A stretch of 64,000 nucleotides of DNA, taken from NCBI GenBank assembly GCA_963678065.2, contig CAXXVZ010000003.1, positions 32,001 through 96,000 on the forward strand. Reading direction: 5' to 3'. Positions 54,936-64,000 of the stretch are shown in pieces (position 1 is the first letter of the stretch; each line of letters opens with the position of its first letter). A model generated the notes under the pieces. That model made no database searches. It was not told the origin of the DNA and saw nothing but the letters and a program-made list of their open reading frames with translations. This stretch comes from Treponemataceae bacterium (GTDB lineage Bacteria; Spirochaetota; Spirochaetia; Treponematales; Rectinemataceae). Both the position numbers and the translations under genes were made by a program.

Positions 54936-56015
54936 GAGCATTCTTCTCAGGGGCTCGGCGGCGCCCCAGAGAAGCTGGTCGCCGCAGGTGAAGGCCTGGA
55001 GGTAGTCCGGACCCATCCTCATCTTGCGGATACGGCCGACGGGCACTTCGAGCTTGCCGGAGACGGCGGCCGGAGTCAGCCTCGCGAGGCTCTCCGCCTT
55101 GGTGTTGGGAACGAGCCTGACCCAGGGGTTGTCCGCCGCGATGATCGCCTCGAGGTCGGAGAGCGGGACATCCCGGTTCAGTTTGATCGTGAGCCCCTGG
55201 CTGTGGCAGCGCATCGCGCCCACGCGGACACAGATGCCGTCGACGGGAATGGGGGAAGTCGTGCCGAGGATCTTGTTGGTCTCCGCGAAGCCCTTCCACT
55301 CCTCCTTGCTCTGGCCGTCGGCGAACTCTCTGTCGATCCAGGGGAGGACGCTGCCCGCGAGGGGATAGCCGAAGGCCTTCACGGGGAACTCGCCGCTCCG
55401 GATGGTGTCGGTGACCTTCCTGTCTATGTCGAGGATGGCGGAGGCGGGATCAGCGAGGAGGCCGGACACCGGCGCGTGCAGGGCGCCCATCTGTGACAGA
55501 AGCTCGCGCATGTTGGGGGCGCCCGCGCCGGACGCCGCCTGGTAGGTCATGGACGTGAGCCATTCGACGAGTCCGGCGTGGAAGAGTCCTCCGAGGCCCA
55601 TGAGCATCAGGCTGACGGTGCAGTTCCCGCCGATGTAGTCCCTGGTGCCGGAGGCGAGGGCCCTGTCTATCACGTCGCGGTTGACCGGATCGAGGATGAT
55701 GACGGCGTCTTTCTCCATGCGCAGCGCGCTGGCCGCGTCGATCCAGTAGCCCTTCCATCCCGCCTTCCGGAGCGCCGGATGCGTGGCCGTCGTGTAGTCC
55801 CCGCCCTGGCAGGATATGATGATGTCGAGCGTGGAAAGATCGGAGACCGAATCCGCGGCGAGCAGGGTGCCCGCGTTCATGGGCGCAGGCTTGCCCGCCT
55901 GGGATGTCGAAAAGAACACAGGTTCGAATCCGAGATCGAAATCATGCTCCTCCTGCATGCGCTGGAGAAGGACCGAACCGACCATGCCACGCCATCCGAT
56001 AAAGCCAACTCTCAT
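54915..56015 (-). CDS. asd: Aspartate-semialdehyde dehydrogenase
   Basis: [44 protein letters not shown]. Confidence 0.96.
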   Translation of the reverse strand: MRVGFIGWRGMVGSVLLQRMQEEHDFDLGFEPVFFSTSQAGKPAPMNAGTLLAADSVSDLSTLDIIISCQGGDYTTATHPALRKAGWKGYWIDAASALRMEKDAVIILDPVNRDVIDRALASGTRDYIGGNCTVSLMLMGLGGLFHAGLVEWLTSMTYQAASGAGAPNMRELLSQMGALHAPVSGLLADPASAILDIDRKVTDTIRSGEFPVKAFGYPLAGSVLPWIDREFADGQSKEEWKGFAETNKILGTTSPIPVDGICVRVGAMRCHSQGLTIKLNRDVPLSDLEAIIAADNPWVRLVPNTKAESLARLTPAAVSGKLEVPVGRIRKMRMGPDYLQAFTCGDQLLWGAAEPLRRMLRIIIEG

Positions 56016-56196
56016 ACTCACCGTTCCTTGCCGGAAATTTGCATAAACATACCGTTTTGACATCGGGCTGTAAAGTCGTCTCTCCTGGACGATATGATCA
56101 TCACTGCGGTTTTTATATAAAAATCCATGAATACTTCTCCCGGGATTGGCCGGAACACACTATACTACTATGTGATACCACCCAAGGAGGCGTACC

Positions 56197-56655
56197 ATGG
56201 AAACCGTGAAGGACATCCTCGCCAGGAAAGGCGGCGAAGTCTACAAAGTCGGGCCGGATGCAAGTCTGTACGAGGCGCTCGAGAAAATGGCCGACCTCAA
56301 TATCGGCGCCATCCTCGTCGTCGACGCGGATGGCAAGATCCTCGGGATCTTCTCGGAACGCGATTTTGTCCGCAAGATAATCATCAAGGGGCGGGATGGA
56401 GACAGCACGAAGGTGAGGGAAATCATGACGACCCGCGTTCTCTACGTCGATCCCTCGACCTCGATCTCCGACTGCATGAACCTCATGACCGAAAAGCGCA
56501 TACGCCACCTTCCCGTCCTCGAGGACGGCGTGCCCGTCGGCGTCGTCTCGATCGGCGACGTCGTCAAGGCCCTCCTGAAAAAGCAGGAAGTCCTCATTTC
56601 GCAGCAGGCCTTCCAGATCGGTCAGCTCGAGCGCTACATCGCCGGAGGACCCTGA
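56197..56655 (+). CDS. CBS-domain protein
   Basis: GIFSERDF, RIRHLPV, SIGDVVK; SD AAGGAGG. Confidence 0.9.
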   Translation: METVKDILARKGGEVYKVGPDASLYEALEKMADLNIGAILVVDADGKILGIFSERDFVRKIIIKGRDGDSTKVREIMTTRVLYVDPSTSISDCMNLMTEKRIRHLPVLEDGVPVGVVSIGDVVKALLKKQEVLISQQAFQIGQLERYIAGGP

Positions 56656-56821
56656 CCCACCCTGTCCACGGACGACTGATCCGGAAGGGCGCCGCTGGCT
56701 TCCGGAGGCTTTGGGATGCTTTGGAATGCTTGCGAAAATGAAAGGCATCCGGCCTCTCCTGTAAGCTACTTCGATGGAAGCTGATCCACATTCCTCCTAA
56801 TATGTTTACTTAGGAGGAATT

Positions 56822-57724
56822 GTGAGTTCAGTACGTTCCCGGTCATCTCGAAAGACTCTCATCCGGGCCGATGGGGATGACGATATCGGCTACATCGGTC
56901 ATGGATTCCAGAAGATGTCGCTCTCTTCGTCCCGTCCTCTCCTGTGGGGCATGTTTCTGTTCATCCTCGCCGCATCGACGGCCTTTGCCGGCGGAAGCTC
57001 AGCCTTCTCCCTGGACTGGAAGAAAGAGGCCGGTCTCGGTTTCGCCGGAATCGGAACCTTCGCATTCGGACACTATGCGGCGGAACGGATCGAGGGAAGC
57101 CCCGTAGCTCTCGGATGGTTCGACGAAGGAATCGTTTTTCCTTTTAACGGCGCCATAGACAAGGCAGGCGACCTTGGTTGCGTCGCGGGGCTGGCCGCCC
57201 TGCCTTTCCTTCTTGACGGAGTCGATTTGGAAAACGTCTCGACTGTGGGCATCATGTACCTCGAGAGTTTCCTCCTCGCAAATGGGCTGAAAGATCTCCT
57301 CAAATCTGCCGTCAGAAGACCCAGACCGACAAGCTTCCAACTCGACGGGGGCGGATACGACTCTCTTGACAGCGACGATCTCGCCAGCTTCCCCTCCGGC
57401 CACGCGACGCTGGCCTTCATGACAGCAGCGTTTTCTTCGTATGTTTTCTCGCTGGGGGATACGTCACCCGCCTCGAAGACCGCGATGACTCTCGCCTCAT
57501 TCACCTTGGCCGGCGCGACATCGCTCTCTCGAGTGTTTTCAGGCTCGCATTATGCCGCTGACATCGTAGCCGGCGCGCTTTTAGGATCGGCGATCGGATT
57601 CGTGATTCCCTGGATCCACGCGAAGGGGGAGGGGATGCCCGTTTCGGGAATCCGGATCGGAGAGGGTGGCTCCGGAATGGTCGGGGGCAGCGGTGCGACG
57701 ATTGTGCTCCGGCTTCCCTTGTGA
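56822..57724 (+). CDS. PAP2-family phosphatase
   Basis: KSAVRRPRP, SFPSGH, SRVFSGSHYAADI; true start may lie downstream. Confidence 0.85.
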   Translation: MSSVRSRSSRKTLIRADGDDDIGYIGHGFQKMSLSSSRPLLWGMFLFILAASTAFAGGSSAFSLDWKKEAGLGFAGIGTFAFGHYAAERIEGSPVALGWFDEGIVFPFNGAIDKAGDLGCVAGLAALPFLLDGVDLENVSTVGIMYLESFLLANGLKDLLKSAVRRPRPTSFQLDGGGYDSLDSDDLASFPSGHATLAFMTAAFSSYVFSLGDTSPASKTAMTLASFTLAGATSLSRVFSGSHYAADIVAGALLGSAIGFVIPWIHAKGEGMPVSGIRIGEGGSGMVGGSGATIVLRLPL

Positions 57725-57820
57725 TACCGCGATTGTACTACTCGTGCTCTCCCCGCCTTGTCCAGGGCCTCGCTCTCTGAGTATCCTTCGGCACCGAATC
57801 ATGCAAAGGGAGCGCAGACG

Positions 57821-59533
57821 ATGGACGACGGCAACCGCGGGGAGGCGATTCCCTTCCTTTGGGAGACACACGGCATTCACGCCGGAACCAGCAGGGATCA
57901 CGTAAAACACGGAATCGACGATCTCGACGCCATCGCCGAAGAGGCGATCCGCCGCGCCTATCCCGGCGTGACCTTCGTGATCCACACCCCGCGCCTCACC
58001 CGCGTCAGGTATCAGTCCGAGCGCGTGACCGACATAAAATTCATCCGGGGCGACAGAGCCTACTCCGAGTACCCGGAACTCATGCGATCCATGCGGGAGC
58101 GGTACCTGGGCCGCCTCGAGATCCGGTACGGGATCGAGCTCGAGTGGCTGCCCGGCGAACTCGGCCTCTCCTGGAACCGTTCCAAGGTTTTCCAGTGCAG
58201 GGACGCCGATTTCGTGATCGGCTCCGTGCATTTCTCGCGCGAAGGATTGCCCTACGATGGCTCCCCCACTGAGTCGGCCACCCTTCTCGAGATGCGCGGC
58301 GGCGCGGAAGCTTACTGGCTCGGCTACCTCGACGAGATGATCGAGATGGTCGAGGAGTACCGCGACCTCATCCACGTCGTCGGGCATCTCGACCTTCCCA
58401 AACTTCACGTGCCTCTGCCCGGCTCCATGCTCGAGCCCGACGGCTCCTCGTCGATGCCGGCGCGCCGCATGCGCTTCCTTCTCGAGCTGATAAGTGAATC
58501 GGGACTCGCCCTCGACCTCAATCTCGCGGGCATCAGGAAGGGATGCGGCGTGTATCCTGATCCACGTATACTCGCGCGGGCGGCCTCGCTCGGCATTCCC
58601 GTCACCGTCGGGACCGACGCCCACGCCGTCGGGGACCTCGGCGCCGATTACTGCGCCGGAAGAGAGGCCATGAAAGATGCGGGGTACAGGTACTATCTCG
58701 GATTTTCAGGCGGCGTGCCGGAAAAGCGCCCCGTCGACGACCAGACTGAGTTCGGGGAGCCATTCCGGGTCCTCAACGCGGCGCTCGGCATGCTCGGACA
58801 GAGGATCGGCAGAGAAAAACGCCTTTCCGTGTCGGGCTTCGCCTTCGGCGGCAGATACCGGCGGCTGGAGTCGGTCTTTCCGGATTCCTCGTCGCTCGGC
58901 GCCTCCGACGCCCTGCGCGTCCGCCAGGGAGCGCACTTCGTGACCATGGGCGACGCGCCATCCCTCGCGGCCGCGAAGCCCTGCCGGCATCTTTTTTCGC
59001 GGCACGCAGATGTACCCGGAACTCTCGCCATCCTCTTCAACACCCTCGCCTCGGAGGAGATCAACGTCGGGACGGCCTATCTCGAATCGCTTGGCGACGG
59101 CAGCGCGACCGCCTGTCTCACGGTCAACGCCTGCGACGATGAAATCCTGGGAGCCATCGACTTCATACGCGGAACGGCCTCCGAGCGCTTCTTCGAGCTC
59201 TCGCTCCGAAGCGGCCCCATCCTGCCCGGCTACCGGCGCACAGGCCCCTGGCTCCTCGAAATCGACGGCGTCGAGCTGCCCATTCCCGTTTCCGAGCGGA
59301 TGATCCTCACCGTCCACGACAACAAACCCGGAACCCTCCTCATACTCCTCTCAGCTCTCGCCTCGCACAGCGTCAACATCCAGGACCTTCAGCTCGGCGA
59401 GCGCGGTTCGAAGGGCTACGCGGCCATCGGCGTCGAGGGAAACGACGGCGACATCGAGCTCGTTCTCTCGAGGCTGGGAAACAAGTTCCACGAGGCGACG
59501 CTGGTCAGATCGGAGCGCCTTGCCCGGAATTGA
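57821..59533 (+). CDS. PHP-family (HisK/HisJ-like) phosphatase fused to two ACT-like domains
   Basis: GIE, GSVH, GHLDLPK, GTDAH; C-terminal HADVPG..IN and HDNKPG..VNI. Confidence 0.8.
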   Translation: MDDGNRGEAIPFLWETHGIHAGTSRDHVKHGIDDLDAIAEEAIRRAYPGVTFVIHTPRLTRVRYQSERVTDIKFIRGDRAYSEYPELMRSMRERYLGRLEIRYGIELEWLPGELGLSWNRSKVFQCRDADFVIGSVHFSREGLPYDGSPTESATLLEMRGGAEAYWLGYLDEMIEMVEEYRDLIHVVGHLDLPKLHVPLPGSMLEPDGSSSMPARRMRFLLELISESGLALDLNLAGIRKGCGVYPDPRILARAASLGIPVTVGTDAHAVGDLGADYCAGREAMKDAGYRYYLGFSGGVPEKRPVDDQTEFGEPFRVLNAALGMLGQRIGREKRLSVSGFAFGGRYRRLESVFPDSSSLGASDALRVRQGAHFVTMGDAPSLAAAKPCRHLFSRHADVPGTLAILFNTLASEEINVGTAYLESLGDGSATACLTVNACDDEILGAIDFIRGTASERFFELSLRSGPILPGYRRTGPWLLEIDGVELPIPVSERMILTVHDNKPGTLLILLSALASHSVNIQDLQLGERGSKGYAAIGVEGNDGDIELVLSRLGNKFHEATLVRSERLARN

Positions 59534-59657
59534 GTCATCGGCCGGAAAGGGCATCGGGGCAGAGACGGATTCGGGGCAGAGGCGGAATCGGAGCGCCGCA
59601 GCGTCCATACACGTGCCGCGGCGTTCATGTAAATGCCGCCGCGCCGCCCGGCCATCC

Positions 59658-60941
59658 TCAGTCATCCATGAACACCGTGTCCTCGGGGCGGGCGATGATG
59701 TGGCCGGCCTCCTTGCCGAGGACGGCCTCGACCTCGGTCGAGCGTTTGCCGAGGACCGATCTGAGCTCCTCCGAGGAGAGAGAGCTGATCAGCTTCGCGA
59801 CCGCGTCCGGAGCGCCTTCGTCTGTGGCGACCCCACCGGCTGCGGTGACGCCGGCCACGGCGATGCCGGTAACGGTGATGACTGCGCCCCGGGGGAAATC
59901 GCCCTGCACGCCGGTCACTCCGCTCGGCAGGAGGGATTTTCTCGCCCTGATCGCGGCGAGCGCGCCTGAGTCGATGCTTATGCTTCCCTGCGGATTCGAG
60001 TTCTTGAGCCATCGCAGGCGATTTTTCAGCGCCGGTTCGGCGTCGAAGAGGGTTCCGAGGGCCTCGCCCGCGAGCAGGCGGGCGATGATGGCGTTTTCGC
60101 GCCCGTGCGCGACGACGACGCGGCAGTTCGCGTCCCTCGCTATGGATACCGCGGCCAGCTTCGTCTTCATGCCGCCTGTGGAGAATTCGGTGCCGCGCCC
60201 GCCGGCCGCGGCAAGAAGCTCCGGTCCGAGCTCTCTGACGTAGGGGATGGGCTTCGCTTCCGGATTCTCGCGGGGATCGGCGGTGTAGAGGGCATCCACA
60301 TCGGAGAGGATGAGGAGGGCATCCGCGTCGATCTTGCTGGCCACGTAGGCGGAGAGTCTGTCGTTGTCGCCGAAGGCGTTGCCGATCTCCGCTGTGGACA
60401 ATGTGTCGTTCTCGTTGAAGACAGGCACGACCCCTTCGTCCAGCAGAGTCTCCACGGTGGCGCGCAGGTTGAGGTAGGCCTCGCGGTTATCCCAGGACTC
60501 GCGCGTGACGAGGATCTGGGCTGTCGTGAGTCCGAAGACGCCGAAGGCGCGGCGGTATTCGTCCATGAGGAGGGGCTGGCCGATGGCGGCGCAGGCCTGT
60601 CGCATGCGGACTTCGGTCACGCGCCTCGTGAGGCCGAGCTCGCGGGCACCCATGCCGATGGCTCCCGAGGTGACGAGGATGAGCTCCTTGCCTGCGCGGG
60701 AGAGGTCGGCGATCTGGGCGGCGACGCGGTGAAGGTATTCGGTGTCGACACCGCCACGGTCTCTCGCCGCAGCCCTGGCCTTCGCGCGGGCTGAGCTCCT
60801 GTCTTTCGGCGATCCCGGAGGCACTTCCCCGGAAGTTTCCGCCTGTTTGGGGCGAGTCACCGTGGCCGTGCCTATCTTGACGACGATGCGCCTCGCCTTG
60901 GCGAGATCCATCCTGGCCGCGCTCTCTTCATCGGTCTGCAT
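59658..60941 (-). CDS. proB: Glutamate 5-kinase
   Basis: VVKIGT, VTSGAI, NENDT, FGDNDRLSA, TGGMKTK; PUA domain. Confidence 0.93.
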   Translation of the reverse strand: MQTDEESAARMDLAKARRIVVKIGTATVTRPKQAETSGEVPPGSPKDRSSARAKARAAARDRGGVDTEYLHRVAAQIADLSRAGKELILVTSGAIGMGARELGLTRRVTEVRMRQACAAIGQPLLMDEYRRAFGVFGLTTAQILVTRESWDNREAYLNLRATVETLLDEGVVPVFNENDTLSTAEIGNAFGDNDRLSAYVASKIDADALLILSDVDALYTADPRENPEAKPIPYVRELGPELLAAAGGRGTEFSTGGMKTKLAAVSIARDANCRVVVAHGRENAIIARLLAGEALGTLFDAEPALKNRLRWLKNSNPQGSISIDSGALAAIRARKSLLPSGVTGVQGDFPRGAVITVTGIAVAGVTAAGGVATDEGAPDAVAKLISSLSSEELRSVLGKRSTEVEAVLGKEAGHIIARPEDTVFMDD

Positions 60942-62382
60942 GCTGCCTCCCTGACCCCGTGGGGATCTCTCTGTGGACGAAGGTCGACCTTCCCGAGGCA
61001 TAGTCGGCGACGATCTGACCCGATCCTACCAGTTTCCATTTGTAGGTGAGAAGGCCGTCCACGCCCACGGGGCCGCGCGCGTGCAGCTTGCCCGTCGCGA
61101 TGCCTACCTCCGCTCCGAGCCCGTAGCGGTAGCCGTCCGCGAAGCGGGTGCTCGCGTTGTGGTAGACCGAGGCCGAATCCACCGCGTTCATGAAGCGCTC
61201 CGCGGCCGCGGCGGACCCGGTCACTATCGCGTCCGTGTGCCCCGACCCGAAGCGGTTGATGTGCTGTATCGCTTTGTCGAGATCGTCGACGATCCTGACA
61301 GCCATCCGCATGTCCAGGTACTCGACGGACCAGTCCTCGCCGGCGAAAGGGCCGATGAGCGGCGAAGCCAGAAGGGCGCGCGCGATCGCTCCCTCATCCC
61401 CTGCGGAATGAGCGTATGCGGATGTGTCGGGTTCCGTCTGCCGCGGCGCGAAGTCTGCCGATCCGGCTGTCGGCCCGGTGCCCTCTTTCTTCCCGAATTC
61501 CCCGAGCAGGCCGAGTGAACGCTCGCATAGATCGAGCCTGACGCCGGCACGGACGAGGGAATCGAGGAGGGCGGGAAGCGCCCGGCGCGCCCAGGCCTCG
61601 TGCACGAGGAGGACCTCGGCTGCGTTGCATGCCGCGGGATACTGCGTCTTGGAATCCACGGCGATAGCCGCGGCCATCGCGGAGTCCGCGTCCTCGTGCA
61701 CGTAGACGTGGCAGACGCCATCCGCGTGGCCGAGCACGGGGATGCGGCTGGAAGCCATGATGCGGGCGACGAATTCCTTCGATCCCCGCGGGATGACGAG
61801 ATCGACATACTCGTGCAGGGAAAGGAGATCCGTAATCTCTTCCCGTGTCTCGAGGGCCGTGAGCCAGTGCGCCGGCAAGCCCGCCTCCTCGCCCGCGGCG
61901 GCTATGATGGAGGCCAGAACCCGGTTCGAGTGCCGGGCCTCGCTGCCGCCTTTCAGGATGATCGCGTTGCCACTCTTTATGGCCAGGCCCGCCATCTGGA
62001 CGAGGGCGTCGGGCCGGCTCTCGAAGATCATGGCGACGAGGCCTATCGGGCAGGAGACGCGCCGGAGGACGAGGCCTTCGTCGAGAAGGCGCGCTTCCAG
62101 CACACGCCCGACGGGGTCGCTCATAGCGCGCAGCGCCCGGATGCCGGCCAGGGCATCCTCCAGTTTTTTCCCGTCGAAGACGAGGCGCTTCAGAATCGGC
62201 TCCGGCAGGCAGGCCTCGCGCGCCGCCGCGATATCCGCCTCGTTCGCCGCCGCGATATCCGTCCTGCGCTCGAAGAGCCTCGCAGCTGCGAGGTCCAGAG
62301 CTCTGTCCCTCACTGAGCCCGGCACGCAAAGAAACTCCGCGGCCGCCGCGGCTCCGAGAGCCGCCCGTTCTCGTGTATCCAT
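60928..62382 (-). CDS. proA: Gamma-glutamyl phosphate reductase
   Basis: IFESRP, ILKGGSEA, IPRGS, ACNAAE, NASTRFADG, KLHARGP. Confidence 0.94.
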   Translation of the reverse strand: MDTRERAALGAAAAAEFLCVPGSVRDRALDLAAARLFERRTDIAAANEADIAAAREACLPEPILKRLVFDGKKLEDALAGIRALRAMSDPVGRVLEARLLDEGLVLRRVSCPIGLVAMIFESRPDALVQMAGLAIKSGNAIILKGGSEARHSNRVLASIIAAAGEEAGLPAHWLTALETREEITDLLSLHEYVDLVIPRGSKEFVARIMASSRIPVLGHADGVCHVYVHEDADSAMAAAIAVDSKTQYPAACNAAEVLLVHEAWARRALPALLDSLVRAGVRLDLCERSLGLLGEFGKKEGTGPTAGSADFAPRQTEPDTSAYAHSAGDEGAIARALLASPLIGPFAGEDWSVEYLDMRMAVRIVDDLDKAIQHINRFGSGHTDAIVTGSAAAAERFMNAVDSASVYHNASTRFADGYRYGLGAEVGIATGKLHARGPVGVDGLLTYKWKLVGSGQIVADYASGRSTFVHREIPTGSGRQHADR

Positions 62383-62465
62383 GGTGGAAGAACGTATCAA
62401 AAAGGCGGATGGGTGACAACAGAGGAGGAATCACTCTTCGGGCGGATTCATGGTAGTCTGCGGAC

Positions 62466-63914
62466 ATGGAATATGGTGCAACCACGAAACTTACTGTCCT
62501 CCATACCAACGACCTTCACGCGAACTACGGCGCATGGTTCAAGTGTGCATCGCTCATACGAAAGCGCCGGAATCAAATCGCTCCCCGAACCTGCATCACT
62601 GTGGACTGCGGCGACCATTTCGATATGAGCGTGACGGAGTGCGCTCTGAGCGGGGGAAAGCTCCATCTCGATCTGCTCACCGATCTCTCATTCGATGCCA
62701 TGGTGCCGGGCAACAACGAATTCTATCGTCTACCACGGTCCGAGCTCGAGAGTCTCAGCCGGGAAACACACGTCCCTTGGGTCCTCACGACCGTAAGCGA
62801 CAAAGACGGCGGCGAGTTCTCCGGCTTCAGAAAATCACTCATCGTCGACCGCGGGCTGCGGATCGGTATCCTCGGTGTGCTCGATCCCCTCGATCAGGCT
62901 GCCGAGGAGCTTCATGACCTCGTCACGCTCCCAGCTGCAAAGGCTATCTCGCGCGAAGCCCGCGCATTGAGAAGAGAGGGGGCCGAAATAGTTATCCTCC
63001 TCTCCCACTTCGGACTCCGGGACGATGTTCGGCTTGCCGCCGAACTGCACGGCGATATCGATCTCATCGTGGGGGGGCATTCGCATACTGCCCTGGAGGC
63101 TCCCCTCGCCGAGGGAGGGACGCTCATCGTGCAGGCGGGAGGCTTCGGCGAATTCCTCGGCGAGCTGGAACTCGACGTAGAGGGCGGCAAGATTGTCGGC
63201 TATAGATCGAGGCTGCACCGGATAGCGGAGGTCGAGGAAGAAGATCCTGCACAGCGCGCTATTTATGCCCGGCACGAGACACGGGTGCGCAAGATCCTCG
63301 ATGAGAAGATTTTTTTTCTCGAATCTCCCCTGTCCCACGAAGGACTGGTCGCCTTGTCGGCCCATGTCGTCCGACGCATCTTCGGGGCGGAGCTGGGTAT
63401 GATGTTCGGGCCCTGCGCCTCTCGCGGACTCGCACCGGGCATCCTCAGAGTCGGGGACCTATACGATTGCTGCAAGAGCTTTATTACCCCTGCCGTTTTC
63501 GATATGAGCGGGAGGCAGATCATGGGCCTGCTCGGAGAAAGACTCAAACCGGACATTGTCGATTCGGTGAAGCTCGGCATCGGATTCAGACCTCAGGGTC
63601 TCCCCTTCGGCAGGCTCGAGTTCTCCGGGCTCGACTGGGAAGAAGTGGACGGCAAGATTTCAAGGGTTCGCGTCGGCGCACAAGCGCTCGATCCGGAACG
63701 CCGCTATCGCGTGGGGGCAGCGACGCATCTTTTTACAGCCGATTCAGGCGGATACCCCTCCCTGGATGGATCATCGGATCTGCGTTTCACGAGATTCCGG
63801 TATCTCCGGGATGAACTCATCGACTTTTTCCGTTCGAACGAAGCTGCGGATATTCTTCGAAAGATCATGGCAGCCCATCCTGTGAGCCGATCGATCACGG
63901 CCCAAGAGATATGA
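62466..63914 (+). CDS. Bifunctional metallophosphatase/5'-nucleotidase family protein (no signal peptide)
   Basis: HTNDLH, DCGD, GNNEF, LSHFG, GGHSH. Confidence 0.85.
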   Translation: MEYGATTKLTVLHTNDLHANYGAWFKCASLIRKRRNQIAPRTCITVDCGDHFDMSVTECALSGGKLHLDLLTDLSFDAMVPGNNEFYRLPRSELESLSRETHVPWVLTTVSDKDGGEFSGFRKSLIVDRGLRIGILGVLDPLDQAAEELHDLVTLPAAKAISREARALRREGAEIVILLSHFGLRDDVRLAAELHGDIDLIVGGHSHTALEAPLAEGGTLIVQAGGFGEFLGELELDVEGGKIVGYRSRLHRIAEVEEEDPAQRAIYARHETRVRKILDEKIFFLESPLSHEGLVALSAHVVRRIFGAELGMMFGPCASRGLAPGILRVGDLYDCCKSFITPAVFDMSGRQIMGLLGERLKPDIVDSVKLGIGFRPQGLPFGRLEFSGLDWEEVDGKISRVRVGAQALDPERRYRVGAATHLFTADSGGYPSLDGSSDLRFTRFRYLRDELIDFFRSNEAADILRKIMAAHPVSRSITAQEI

Positions 63915-64000
63915 GGAATTTCTCAAAAGAAGGAGTCAAAATACGGTTTCCATTGCCGCTCAGGTGGTCTCCGTCCCCCAAAAATTGGTTCACCCTTCTG

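Overview
GC-rich bacterial chromosome segment; the host is possibly a free-living spirochaete, inferred only from weak protein-sequence cues. The backbone carries a sugar ABC operon, liv transport with ilvE, an NSS transporter, a radical SAM gene, a BceRS-BceAB-like module, a GGDEF protein, melA/AraC with an MFS-HEAT fusion, a heterodimeric ABC exporter preceded by a candidate leader-peptide attenuator, cobO-cobB, a TIGR03916/TIGR03915-like DNA-repair pair, prfC, arsR-arsP, asd, CBS, PAP2, a PHP-ACT fusion, proA-proB and a 5'-nucleotidase. The main feature is an ~18.9 kb island with every gene on the minus strand (36043-54935). It is bounded by a perfect 22-bp direct repeat that duplicates the 3' end of asd. 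It encodes an apparently complete gas vesicle system: gvpA, a GvpC-position repeat protein, gvpN, gvpV-like, three gvpF/L, gvpG, gvpS, gvpK and gvpJ. It also carries its own chaperone set (tandem Get3/ArsA-like ATPase, Cdc48-type AAA, Hsp20, stand-alone DnaJ zinc finger), a sigma54 promoter with an NtrC-type activator, and two sensor kinases. No integrase, rRNA, tRNA or CRISPR array was recognised. Start codons were adjusted by eye from the ORF track, and all product calls rest on motif recognition, not database searches.
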